A DNA stretch of 62,706 nucleotides, filler included, from Rhabdomonas costata (taxonomy: Eukaryota): the NCBI GenBank assembly GCA_019059605.1. It is 21 parts of 21 records of this genome, joined end to end, with 100 filler letters (N's around TTAATTAATTAA, not from the genome) between each part and the next. Parts side by side here need not be neighbours in the genome. Positions count along the whole stretch, not along the records: positions 1 to 2,888 come from JAHMHO010001804.1; positions 2,989 to 5,877 come from JAHMHO010001805.1; positions 5,978 to 8,865 come from JAHMHO010001806.1; positions 8,966 to 11,972 come from JAHMHO010001807.1; positions 12,073 to 14,960 come from JAHMHO010001808.1; 16 more parts are not named here. The stretch is one strand, 5' to 3'. Shown here piece after piece: positions 1-12,460 of the stretch. The notes under the pieces were generated by a model. The model saw only the letters and a program-made list of their open reading frames with translations. It did no database searches and was not told where the DNA came from. Positions within the stretch are counted from its first letter, which is position 1; the number at the start of each line of letters is the position of its first letter. The position numbers and the translations under genes are program-made.

Positions 1-432
1 TTTGGTGCGCGCTCGCCCTCATCCCCACCTTGTCCCTTGTCTCGCACTCTCCAGGCACGTCACGCACTTCTGTGTGGGCGTGTTGTTTAAGATCCGTACA
101 TGTAGGTGGCATCACAGTTTTTGTGGGGTTGGTTTGTTGAAAAGCCCACCTCCCCCAAGTTTCTAGTGGTGATATAATTCTCTATAGCATCGTAATAGAG
201 TTTCCTGACGACACAAAAAGTTAAAAGTTTTGTTGTGACCTATTATTTTCTTTGGATATTTTCGCATCACACACACACTCCCTTCAAACTCTTGGTAAGA
301 TGCAATGCTGTTAACGAGTCGTGAAAAAACCCACTCCTTTATTGAATCCAAGCAGTGCGGATTCTTCTGGGCTGAATGTTTTGCTATTACTGCGTCCGTG
401 TTCTCCTTCTGCTGGTTCTTATGTATTCACAG

Positions 433-709
433 TCCACGGTGGCCGTCAACTTGGCCTTTGCGCTGGCCCAAGCGCAGCCCTCTGCCCGTGTAGGCATCCT
501 GGACGCGGACGTCTACGGGCCCAGTCTGCCCACCATGGTGAGGCCAGACAACGCCGACACTGGGAGCAAGGGCAGCTCCGGCAGCCTGTTGGCCCCATGG
601 AGTCGCGCTGGGGTGGCCCTAATGTCCTACGGATACCACGACCAGGGCGGACAGCCCGCTATTCTGAGGGGGCCCCTGGTCAGCCGGCTTGTTAACAAGC
701 TCCTGGAAG
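433..709 (+). CDS. Mrp/NBP35 (ApbC/Ind1-like) P-loop ATPase, internal exon
   Basis: cacag|TCC...GAAG|gt. STVAVNLAFALA (just after Walker A), VGILDADVYGPSLPTM and LRGPLVSRLVNKLL are family motifs. Flanking exons are not in the contig. Confidence 0.88.
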
Positions 710-2888
710 GTTCCCCCTATGCTGGACACGCCCAAGGGTTTTGTTTTGCTGTTCAGTTTTTAGGATAATTGTTAAACGTTGTCATCATTTAAAAGATGTT
801 TTTGTGAGAGATGTTTCGTCAACAAGGCTTCGATAGAAGCTTGAAAATGTGTCAGGCTGTGTGTGCACAATGTTACCGGTGTTTTGGGTTGGCGAAGCTT
901 GATTTCCGATTCGATTGATAGACTATTGATACAGGGGGATTTTTATCGGGTTTGACGGTTCCGAAGAAGGAGATTATTAATAATAAGAAGAAGAAGAACC
1001 GACAATACGGTCCGTGGAGGCAGCTTAGACACATCTGCCTGCTGCTGCTCACTCAGGAGAAGCGGGGTGAGGCTTCTCCTTTGTTTTTGCGGTGGTTGCG
1101 GATCGAGCCTAAGGCTACCTTTCTACACCAGCACAGACCAAGTAACTGCAAAAAAAAAAAGAGAAGAACTTCTTCAGTGAAAACGCAAGAAGAGTTCAGG
1201 CGTTTTCGGTCCGGTTTTTCTCCACAGGCTGGTGGCGCGCAGGGCTCTGTGCCGGCCGACCCCTAGTCAACTCAAGGAGTCCAGGGAGTGCACCCCCGCT
1301 CGATCCTCAAGGTGCAAACCCGCTTCCGTGCTTTATGATTGGGTGCCTGGAGGGCTGCCAAAGAATATTTCGCGATAGATCGAGTGACTTCGCTCACCGC
1401 ACAAGAACGTACTCCTTGCCGGTACCGCCGAAAGGGCATATTTCCTTTTCTTTGGTTTGCCCTTTGAGGTGGTCGTCTTTTCCCAAGTTCTCAAATGCAC
1501 CTAGACGTGACAAAAAATTTTAAGCACAAGCGACGTGTCCTTGGCGCCCCATAATTCTTTTTCTTTAGCCAAAATTCACACCGGAGCGCTTCCTCCCGTC
1601 TGAAGGGCATGTTCCGCGGGGTGCGGGAAAAGCTTCAGAAGCTCTTCTAAGAAGGTGCAATTGGAGCCAACTCGGGCACTGGACAGCTGGGTAGAGTCTC
1701 TGGCATCTATCGACTTGTGTGTGTATCCCCAACCCCCCTTCCACTTCCGTGGAGGAGGTGCACAGACTTTCTGAAGCGGTGGTCTAGCAGCGCGCACATC
1801 CTGCTAGGAGGGTGAGTTGCTTTCTTTATGTGTTCTTCTTTTCCCCCGTCATTTTCTTTTTTATCGCTGGGGAGACAGGAGGGGGTGAAGGAGGCTGACT
1901 GGGAGGGGAGATCAAGGCTGTACTGATGTTTTGAGTTTTTGTGCCGGTTTTCCCTTCCCCTATATTACTTTTCATGCCTGCTTCTGCCTTCGGCTGATGA
2001 GGTTTCCCTGGAAGGAGACAGACGGCTTCGGTTGGGGGTGGCAGGTGGAAGTCCCCAGACACTGGTAGTGGATCCGCCTGCGTTGAGCATTTGCCGGTGT
2101 GTTTTTGTGTCTGTTTGTGTTGTGACCAATGAGGTCGATCCTAGGTGATTACCGAGTGCTGGTGCGCCTAGTTCACCCGGGTTGGTTGAGTGAGTCAAGC
2201 CCCCCGCAACCACTCGAAAACGGGAGTTGCTGCATCCCTCTTGGGCTACTTAATTTTGGGGGGACTGAGCCCCGCGTGTACAGCCGTAAGTTAGAACCTT
2301 TGTCTTTGCACACAACCGTGGGTCGGTGCGTGCGTTGTTTTCCCAGCTCGCAGCTCGGATGGTGGCCTCCCTGAAAGCGGACGCCCCGCCGAGTATCTCG
2401 AAGGAAGCAATGCAGTGATCCTTTTTCAGGTTCAGGCACAGGTTGCTTGCTTCGAGGTTCTCTTGTAGAATTTGATAAATAGATACTGAGCATGGTGCGT
2501 TTTATTGCCATCCCTATGTTTGTTTCTCGTTTGCAACAATCGATCTCGAGCGGAGCCTCATGCTGCGGTACGGCAGAGGCTGAGGGGCTTGACCGTCTTG
2601 AAACGAGCGCGACTTTCAACATTTCTGTGTTTGGACCCTTTCTTGAACCCTCCCAGGAGGAGACCTACCAACCTACTAACCTCGCAACAGTGTGTTTTGT
2701 GACACATCAACTCACAAATGTTCTCTGGCGTCCCACTTCTCACATCTGCGCGGAATGCCCTTTTCTTTTTGGTGGCCAGTGAAGCTTCCCTCGGCTGGGT
2801 TTTCTTCGGCGGCCTTCATGATTCCTTTCTCACCATCACAAGCTTTCCTCGAAGCGATCACAGAAACTGCAGCCTCCCCAAACCCAAA

Positions 2889-2988
2889 NNNNNNNNNNNN
2901 NNNNNNNNNNNNNNNNNNNNNNNNNNNNNNNNTTAATTAATTAANNNNNNNNNNNNNNNNNNNNNNNNNNNNNNNNNNNNNNNNNNNN
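2889..2988. other. Artificial contig linker (first of 20)
   Basis: N-run + TTAATTAATTAA (stops in all frames) + N-run, 100 nt, recurring about every 3 kb (e.g. 5878-5977, 11973-12072, 26909-27008, 59722-59821). Neighbouring contigs are not physically linked. Confidence 0.98.
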
Positions 2989-3803
2989 GGGGGGTTAGGG
3001 GGCGATGAGGGCAGTTGTGGGAAAGCATCAGAATTTGGCCAAAATTAATCCCAGCCGGATTCCCATGAGTGGTAGGAGGTAGGAGTATCCAGGGGCAGAG
3101 GGGGAGAGTGATGCTGAGAGCACTGGAATGGTTGCGGCAGCGGGTGCAGTTACAAGTTATAGCCGCGGTGTGGAATGGCGCGCTGCATCACAGAAATGAA
3201 TGGCAGCGTAGGAGTGCAGGGTCCATATACCGTATAAATGGTGGGTGTCCCTTCATCAACGTCGTGGGTTAATCATCAGCATTCCCTCAGGTTTCAGCAA
3301 TTCACTTCATGAACGGGGTTTCTCTTTCTGTCCCAAAATATGGTCTGTTTCAGGTCAAAGGTGAGAATATTTGGAAGCATATTAAACAATTGCGCACCCA
3401 ACAGATGACCCATCTCAAAATTTTCATTTTTTCAATTTTAAAGCGAAGAGGATAATCAAAGAGATCGTGTATTTCTGCGGGCTGTCCCTCCTCTCCCCTG
3501 TCATGCTATTTCCCCTTGCGTCTGGTGCTTGTGTGCAACCGCAGGTACTGCTTATTTACTTGCCTCACTTTCAAAAAAGAAACCATACAGGCGTGGATTC
3601 GGTGCCGATATATTCTTCCCATAGTTCCACGCTGAACCCCGTACAGCGCTCAACCACACGACACGGAGAGCTCATTCAGCTTTTCAAAGTGAGTTGCTCA
3701 TTTCTCATACGGTAGCCTCACCGCAGGGCGGCAACCGTGTCATTACAAGGCGAAAAGCACAGCGCCACCTCCCCCTATACCTCAAAAGAAACAAAATGCT
3801 TGC

Positions 3804-4694
3804 CTGCTTGCACAAAGGGCTGGAACAGCCGCTCCATGGTTTCGTGGGAGAGCCCAATGCCTGTGTCCTGTACCTCCAGCACGACCTGCCCCTCGTCCGG
3901 GGCGGGGCTCAGGAAGCACCGCAGGGAGACCCTTCCGCTTTGGGTGAACTGAGCGGCCCCCAAAATGTCAAACGCCAAACGCGGACGGACTTCGAGAGCT
4001 TGCTTCAAATGTTTACAGCAGGAGGCGCATTCCCACCTCTTCAAGGCGAAGACATCGCCTCCTGAGACATAGTAATGCACTACACATTTAGACAAACTGC
4101 ACTCTTATGCCAATTCTTACCTTTGGTGAAACTCACAGTGGAATGGGATTAACAGAAACCGTATGACATATCCTGCACTTCATGAGGGAGTTGAAAAGAA
4201 GGAGAGCTCAACATCCTTGTCTCCAAAAAGCGCGTCCGGCACCACAGCACTTCAGTGAAAGGGAGATGCTACTAAAAAATGGAGAGCTATTGCAACTGAG
4301 TCCACCAGAGTTCTGGTGCGAGAAGGGAGACCAATCTTCTTTGGAGGGGGGGGGTCATGTACAGTCTGCGTCTGTTTTATTGATGGACGAGAACGGTAGA
4401 GGGATCCTGTGATCCTTTGTCGGCAACTTAACGTATCAAATCAGCAATGTTACAAAGAACAGGTAAGGAAGAGGGGCACGGCACCTCGAATCGTGCGAGA
4501 AAAGTTGAGCAACCCCATGTGGCAAAACGATGCCGAGGTTGTTCAAAAATTCCCCCTTCGAGAAAGGTGGAGGGGTGGGTTGAGCCGGTTGGCAGGGACG
4601 CGCAAGTGCTAAGGACACAGCTGCATACCTTGATCGCGTTGCCGAGGAGGTTCAGCAAAATCTGCCCAAGGCGGCCACAATCCCCAACCATAAC
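3804..4694 (-). CDS. Sensor histidine kinase, HATPase_c domain, two exons (about 4694-4629 and 3948-3804)
   Basis: GDCGRLGQILLNLLGNAIK|FTQSGRV...VQDTGIGLSHETMERLFQPFVQA contains the N, G1 and F boxes. GT-AG phase-0 intron 4628-3949. Confidence 0.9.
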
Positions 4695-5177
4695 CTTTGC
4701 TTGCCGTATCTTCGAGTAAAATTTTGCGGTGATTTAGATGCCAAGTCTTGAAAATTTTCATTTTCAATGAAAGTTTTTTGATAGGAAGAAACATGATAAT
4801 AAGTGTAGTGCCTCTCACTTCCTTTTTCGTTTTTGTTTTCGTTCTCTTCCTTTCCCTTCCCTTCCATTCCTTCTCCTTGCCTTGCCTTCCCCCTCCCTTT
4901 TTTCCTTTTTTTTACTTTGCCCCTCTTCCTTCCCCCCTCATCCCTTCTCTTTTTTACTTTGCCCCCTCTTCGCGCGTCCTTTACTGTGTGCTGATCCCTT
5001 TCTGGTCCTGTCTGCTTCCCAGTTTGGATGTATTCTGCTATTTTGCTTCCATGTCACCTAGTTGCAAAGAGTACTGTTGCTGACCATTGGATTCTGAGTG
5101 GTGAGATATTCTTCGGTGTTAGAAATACTTCGGAGAAGAGGGTTCCCTTCTCCCCTCCATTCCGCTCACCCACCCAG

Positions 5178-5528
5178 CTTGGCGATGGGGCAGCAAGAGA
5201 GGCAGCGGCAGCTGATGGTGGCGCACCAGCACGCCCAGATCAGCCGCATGCCCGCCGCAGGGGGCACCGCTGTTCCCGCCCACACCTACACCCACGCGCC
5301 TGCGCCGCCTCACCCGTCGGCTGTGCGGCCCTCCGTTTTCGCCTCAGCCTCCGAGAGCTCTCCCCAACCCGCTCCCCAACCACAGGCTCAATCACAACCT
5401 CAGTCGCAGCCTCCTCAATCACACCAGTACTTTCCGAACCAAAGCCAAGGGTCCACCGGGGGCCCTCCGCAAGGCGGACACCCTTCGTCAGGGGCGTTTC
5501 CTGGACACGTGGTGACAGGCTATTCAGC

Positions 5529-5559
<31 letters not shown>

Positions 5560-5643
5560 AGTGCACCCGCTGCTCCACCCCCTGGGACCCATTCCTTTCT
5601 TCCTCCTCCTCTGCAAAATTTGCAGCCGCTGAACACCGCCCAG
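5178..5643 (+). CDS. Gln/Pro-rich low-complexity exon of an unknown protein (possible start ATG 5185)
   Basis: cccag| acceptor, CAG|gt donor, open frame with QPQ repeats and a poly-Q run. Confidence 0.65.
5530..5559 (+). repeat. (CAG)n coding microsatellite (poly-Q)
   Basis: Nine CAG units plus CAA, in frame. Confidence 0.9.
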
Positions 5644-8600
5644 GTTCGTTGGAAGGCGCTTGTGATATATGTTTTTTTTGGAGCAGTTTAAAAACCCCAC
5701 CTAACTGTCACCAAGCACGAAGCCCAGATAACCCGAAAACCAGACACAGTTACGTCCCAAGTGCATCCCCTCCGTAACTCGGTGATGGCGAATTCCAGAA
5801 GGTAGTCTAAAACAGCAGACTCAAAGACCTACACTCTAGCGGAAGGCCTTGTGTCTCAGTCCGCAAACGCGGCAACCNNNNNNNNNNNNNNNNNNNNNNN
5901 NNNNNNNNNNNNNNNNNNNNNTTAATTAATTAANNNNNNNNNNNNNNNNNNNNNNNNNNNNNNNNNNNNNNNNNNNNGTTGTGTGCAGTCCTTGCGGGCA
6001 ATTTTAAGCCGGCCATCTGACAGACATGCACCTATGCATAACTCTAACAGGTGTTTGAGATGTAGTGATCAGTGATGGCCAATTTGCCCGCAAGGACTGC
6101 ACATAACGCAACCTGGTAGTTCGAGGATCGGTGTCTGCCGGCATTTGGTGATGGCGATGAAGAAGCAGCTTGTGGCCTGGCATATGATGAAGCAGCACAG
6201 AGCTTAGATGATCACTTTCCGAGAGCATTTTCATACTAGCCATGGGCGAGCGGCGAGCAGCCCCAGCAACGGAGCAAGTGCGAGCCAGGGACTCATCACA
6301 TTAGACTGGGGTCTAGGGTGTGGGGAAGAAGGCACATATGACATATGCGAGGTGGCATGTGCGGTGGATGGTTGATGTCGTGTGTGCTCCGCGCACACAG
6401 TAACTGAGACACATTCGATTTGTCTGAAAAAAGAGAGCTGTGCCCCCCCCTCCACCAGTCCTGTCGACTCCGGTGTGTTTGTAACACACCATTGTTGGGC
6501 CCTCTTGAAGGGTAATTTTGGCAGCACTCCTTTTCCGGTGACCCTTTTCTTACCGTGAAGATGCACGTTCGCCACGGGCGAGGGTTGGATTGAAGGGGTC
6601 CTGTGTCTCCCTGGATGTTGTTATGGGTATCAGGTCGGATTAGGGGTTTCAGCCGCAGGCGTAAAGTTGACACTCCTTCGAATAGTGCTGTTGCGGCATC
6701 GTCTGCAGGGGCAAGGATCATAATTATGACCCTATGAAAGTTGAAGGTAACCAAACGATCTTAACAAAGAGACGTGCATCATCATTCCAGCTGCATATGC
6801 GCCCTATCCCTATGCCTGTTCATGTTTGGTGAAAGGGGCGCTCTTTTTCTTTCAAGAAATCTGGTCTGGGTTGTGTGGGGTTGTGTGGGGTTCCGTTGCA
6901 AGCATTTGGTTACACATCCCCCCCCCCGCAGTTTCCTACGAGCAGCCTCTCTACTGCTGCGAGACTGTGATTGGCACCCCCCGCCTTTGCCAGTCTCCGT
7001 TTCCGCTGTCACCTCGAGGTTCTATGTGCGTGTGGATGTTTGGATGGGTTTTGAGGAGCGTCAAGACCACACCACGGTCACGGCTCTCGCGTCGTCAGAA
7101 GCAGTTGGGAAACCAGAAGCTGATTCGTTGGGCGAAAGTAGCAGGTTGGAGGCCACCGGGCAATGCTCGCAGTTCGTACGAAAGGAAGAGGCAACAATTT
7201 GCAGCAAAAGCAGAAACTTCACGTTACAATGAAGAAAGGCCCAGGGAGGTTTTGCACAACCGCGTGAGGAGCGTCAAGCCACACATCTAAACAAACCAGT
7301 TCAAGTTAAGTGAGAGGAGAGACCGAGGGAGTCACGGGAGATAGGAGCGGGATTGAGGTGAAACAAACAATAATAAGGAGGATGGAAAATGAGGACAAGA
7401 AAGGGAGCTGGTCAGGAAGGGAAGGGAAGGGAAGGGAAGGGGGAAAAGGTAGAAAAGCCCCGTTAAAATGATTCAAAATGCACCATTGAGTTTTTCCAAG
7501 AAACTCCCTCCGCCCAGCTGAAAGGGCATTACACCCAGAGCTGCTTCCTCCGCCTGGAAGAAACCTCCAAACGAATTTTTTTGTTGTGTTGGCCTCTCCC
7601 TCCATGTCTTTGGTCCATTTGAGTGACGAGCTCGCCTACATTCTGCCTTGGCTTCGCTGTGCACACCAATAAATAGGTCACGGGGACACTTTTCCTGCGG
7701 CTGTTGGTTGGTTTTTGGGAATTTTTGGCTGGATTCTTAAGGAATAGAATTGAAAGAAGCACGTCTGTCCAAAAAAAAAAGGGGGGGGGGTGACGGCTTG
7801 TTAACATCGGCGAGAAAGCTGACGAAAATGCTCATTAGGATTCTTCTGCGAGCCCTAAGCAGATAGATCCAGACAATACACGTCGCCTATCAACCTGCTG
7901 GCCGGCGATACTCGTCGAACTTCCAGTGTCAGCTGTCGAAAGCGTTGGATCCAGGCATCGAAACCAAACGGATTGGGTTCACTCACACCATGTGCGCCGC
8001 CTTCCACTTCCACACCCCACCCTTTGCACAGCTCAATCGCCGTGTTGCCTGTGAGGGAGGCACCTGGGTGCGCCATGGTCGATGCTTGGCTCTTGCCGTC
8101 GTCTTTGTCCCTCGGGTTCCATTTGTTACTGTGAACCTGCTGTGCCTCTCCGTGATGTGTTTTGTGCGCTGTTAATTATGTTTCCCCTCCCTTGCTCCTT
8201 CTGCTAACGTGGTCGCCTTCTTCTCTGGCGGCTGCTCCGGTTTATTCTGGCGCTTTGCTTTTTGACCGCCCTGCGGTTCTGTAGAGCCCTTCACGCCCCT
8301 CTCTCACAGTTCTTTGGAATCCCACTTCCAGTTCGGGGCGAAAACCTGATGCCTTGTTTTGGGACGGCTTTCAACTTGCCTGGAGTTGAAACCTCTAGGC
8401 ACAGAGACCACTGCTGTGAGCCGACCTTCTTGGGTCAGTTCTGTTTGTGGTGCGGGCGTCCGCCTCCGCTTGTGTGAACAAGGCTTTGGAGCCAGGGCCA
8501 GAGTAGCAAGAGTATAATGCCATCCCTTGGTGCTGCGCAGGCCATCGATGCTTGTGATTGCTGGCCCATTCCTGGAAGACTGCGAAGGCCTAACTCTGTT

Positions 8601-9862
8601 TAGCCCGAAACATTACAAGAGCACTACCGCGCAGGATGCCCATCGGAAACGTTCTCAATCCACCGCATTACTGACTATCTTGCGCTTTCAGTTTTATACA
8701 CTGCCTGCCATATAAGCCCACCTCCACGCCTCGAAGTATAGACTCGGCAACGTCATCAGCAAGAACAAAAGAACCATGTTGCACTCACCCACGCTGCTTT
8801 CTGAAGCATTTACCACAAATAAACATTTATTCATAAAAATTAATAATGATACATGAAACACACACNNNNNNNNNNNNNNNNNNNNNNNNNNNNNNNNNNN
8901 NNNNNNNNNTTAATTAATTAANNNNNNNNNNNNNNNNNNNNNNNNNNNNNNNNNNNNNNNNNNNNTGGTGGTGTGTTTGGGGGGGTTTGTGTCTTCGAAG
9001 TACCATTGGCAGGAGAGTGCAAGTTGAAGGGTGAAAGGTGCGAACTGAGAAGCTGATTGATCTACATGCGTTGTTGAAGTGACTGACTGGCGTTTCGACC
9101 CCGGCGGGATAGTTAGGTCTTTATTAGCAAGACAACAATTCCGCCTGCCCTTGGACGCACTTCGTGGGCTTTTTGCGACTGTGGGGTTGAGGTCGGCTTT
9201 TCGTGGAATGAGAGAGAGGAGAGAACATGGAAGCAAAGCCGCCGAAGTAAGGGGGCAAAGAAGAGGTGAAAGCAGGACACCACTTTCCGATGCTAACTTG
9301 GGTGATGCAGTCACTGCCTCGCGCGGGGAGCCACTTAAAGTCACAGAAAGAGTGATGTGAAGACGGGCAGCTGAGGAGACCCCTACCCCGCAAAGGACGA
9401 CCTGTCAATGTCAGTGGTGTACCCAGAGGGACGGGGACGGTAGCTCAGCGGAGAGACGGGCTCCACGGGGCTCTCGGCGTATGCACGGACATCACCCAAG
9501 TCATGGCGCACGGCGGTATACACCGCAGAGACCAGTGACATGTTGGCCGCCCTCCACTGCAAAGCAAGTTACATTCCGTAAACGCAATCTCACCTTTGAT
9601 GCCTTTGTGCCACCTGCTTAGCTGCCAAATGCTACGAGCAAATCGGGATCAAAACGTCAGAGCAGACCAAAAACAGGTGTAGGGCATTGCACATCCCCTC
9701 GGATTGGACTCGCGTAGAGAAGGGAGCGGTTCAAGAAAAAATGATATGTGTACTTGTGCGTGCGCAAGTTAATCCATGAAACCCCCATTTTGACTCTTCA
9801 TATACTTTTTCGGAACAATCAATTTTTTCATAATTCCATCCCCATAGAACGTTCAGTACCAC

Positions 9863-11495
9863 CCAACCAAGAACGGGGTAACCTTCCTTCCCAAGAAGCG
9901 GAGAACGTCCTTCAAAACTTTCGCCGCAGTTTTGGTCAGCGTGGGCTGAGAAAGTTTCAGCACTCGCTTCATGATCAGCTGTACCTGCGAGTGATGGAGC
10001 ACGCGCACAATGAACATTCAACTGAACTCCTGAACGAAACCATAATGGTGACGGTGCATACGTGTTGGCAATAATTGCGGAGGAAATTAGCATTCCCTTG
10101 CACAGGCAATGACAGCATACGCATCCTGCTCTGACCCGGCCACCCCAACGCACCAACATCCGTTCCTAAGAAAGACACTGCAAGAGTGAGGAGACAGGGC
10201 TTGCTGAGCCCCTTGTGCTGTGCCAGAAAAAACATCACGGTACCTTGTAGTTGAGCAGGACAGAGATTCGAGTAAGGTTCCTTTTGGTCAGCTTGTGCAG
10301 GACCCACACAAAATTGACCACCGCGAACATCCGGCGGTTCAGCACCACCACAGCGGAATTGCCGTCGGAAACAGAGATCGTGGAGGTCACCACCAGCTCT
10401 AAGCACCCGATTCGGGGGGGGGGGGGGAAGGGCGGAACACAATGTGGCGACACTCTGTGCGCGTAGAATTCGTTGGTGAAAGCCCTGAAAGACCAGTCAC
10501 ACCCCTGAAAGACCAGTCACAACGTCTCAGTAAGCGGCACCACATTGTGCCAGGTGAAAGGGGAATTAATCCTAAACAGTCAGATCGCCATATGACTGTA
10601 ATACCTATGATACTGCAATACTGGTATTTCTGAAGCCGTTTTTGCGAAAACGGAGGGACAGGCACCGCACCGCCGGCCCTGGCGTGGCTTCGCTGGCGTG
10701 GAAGAAGAAGCGTCCGTGGGTTGTGCCTCCACTCCAGAGCCTGGGCCTCCGCCGGGTCATCACACCTCACAAAGCCCACCATGTCCTACACCCACCAGCA
10801 CAAAAAAATTGCGTAAATCGATGCCAACCACTGCCGAACGGCCCTCCTATAAAAAAACCCAAACCCAGTGATTTGGATGCCAGAGGTAATTCGTGTCAAG
10901 ATAACTCCGCCAAATGGCATTGTTTGCACAAGGACAATTGCAGCACAGCAGCCACTTTGACGCGCACGGTGGTCATCGAACCAGTACTCGAACCTTCAAA
11001 CAATACCTAAACGAGAAGACGTACGCATCAAAGGCTGAGGGGCTGGAAAACCGCGGGCACTGGGGAAATGACATCCAGAAGTGGACATGCCTTCTGGTTA
11101 AGATACTTCAGCACCAGAAGGGTAGCATTCGAGTCAGTGAGAAGCATCTTCCAGTATTCCGCCTGTTGTGAACCCAGGGAACTCTCAATCCGCACCACGC
11201 CTTCAGTCCGTTGGGATGTTCAGCACATACTATTCGATCAAGAAGGAAAGACCTCACACTAACTGCCTTCAGCTTGTCCAACGAAGACCACAGAAACAAA
11301 AGAAGGGCAGTGCAGATGGAGAAGAATCACCGATCACCGCTTCCACTCACCAGCACAAACTTTGCCCAACTTCGCGTTTTGCAGTCAGTTGCGTGTGTTG
11401 CATCAGAAGACGATGTGCGGTGAGAATTGCGTTCGTGGTGATAGCGGCGGTGACTGTGGCAGTGTTGAGAGTGAGTGAGTGTGTGTTTGTTTGTG

Positions 11496-11537
<42 letters not shown>

Positions 11538-11690
11538 AAGATCGACTGTGATATGACGGCCCTGTTGGGAACTGGGCTGCTTGCTCGTTTCGCGGATTTG
11601 GAGTTTCATGGATGCAGCCTGTAAATGTTGTTAATGCAACACTCCGCACCTGCAAAGGGTGGTTGGCGGAGAAGAACTTCGTCTGAAGGC
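9863..11690 (-). CDS. Multi-exon hypothetical protein fragment
   Basis: Putative exons TKFFSANHPLQ / AEYWKMLLTDSNATLLVLKYLNQK / DMVGFVRCDD... / LVVTSTISV...LLNYK / VQLIMKRVLKL...FLGRK with compatible splice sites. No family recognised. Confidence 0.45.
11498..11536. repeat. (TG)n microsatellite
   Basis: About 19 perfect TG units. Confidence 0.95.
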
Positions 11691-12460
11691 AAGCAAACAC
11701 CCGTACAAAGTGAAACCAAGCCTTGCAGTGCTTCCCCTTGCGCTCAGGCAGAAGGCACCCCACCTTAATGCCACGCCCCAGGTGCTATCCTCACCGCACA
11801 GCGGATGTCCACTGAACACGCACAAAAACGGACTAATCAGCTAATGACACACAGGTATCGGCCCGATCACGCCATCACGATCTACATGCATCAGCGGTCC
11901 AAAGCGGGATTACTCAAGGATCCCATTATTGACCAACCCAACCCTACACGCATGTCCATCATACACAAACCCNNNNNNNNNNNNNNNNNNNNNNNNNNNN
12001 NNNNNNNNNNNNNNNNTTAATTAATTAANNNNNNNNNNNNNNNNNNNNNNNNNNNNNNNNNNNNNNNNNNNNCTTCCACGTTGTCAGATACCCTGCAAGC
12101 ATCACATAACCCCAATAAAAAAGGCTTTCTTGGTGGCCTGATCATCTTCACTTTGACATGTCCATTCCTATAAGAGACATCACCGAAAGCAGAACACGAT
12201 CGAAAGAAGTCCGACCCACATTGCAGAACATAACCCATGCCCCTTTGCACGGTCATTTGCCACACCATCGACTGCCAGCACAAGCAAAACAAAAGAAAGC
12301 CAGGATAGTGGTACAAAAAAGGGAACAAGAAAAGGACCAACTGTCCACAAGCACGAACGTTGAGAAATTTGATGGGTCCAAGGCCAAGAAAAAAGAGAAA
12401 ACCAATGGACCCATGGCCAAGGGAGCTCAGGATGGTGGAAACCGCCCATCCTGCTTTGGC

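Noticed and set aside
1229-1311. AG/GT-bounded segment as the next Mrp exon
   Set aside because: It does not encode the expected W..LD.L..D.PPGTGD motif.
2245-2275. AATTTTGG Sm-site-like motif followed by a small hairpin (snRNA or SL RNA?)
   Set aside because: No U1/U2/U4/U5 or spliced-leader hallmark upstream, and the octamer also occurs near 6514.
2933-2944. TTAATTAATTAA recurring at regular spacing, like a repeat array
   Set aside because: Artificial linker inside N-runs.
2991-3000. GGGGTTAGGG telomere-like unit (also CCCTAACCTAAC near 23760)
   Set aside because: Only one or two units. The first is within the G/T primer-like contig end.
6930-8715. Possible plus-strand exons in contig 3
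   Set aside because: Several frames are equally plausible and no motif is recognisable.
9435-9490. GGTAGCTCAGCGG tRNA D-arm-like sequence
   Set aside because: No T-loop (GTTCRA) or acceptor-stem pairing.
10786-11090. Possible additional GC-AG intron (AAG|gcatgt)
   Set aside because: In-phase GT donors lie just downstream and no homology decides between them.
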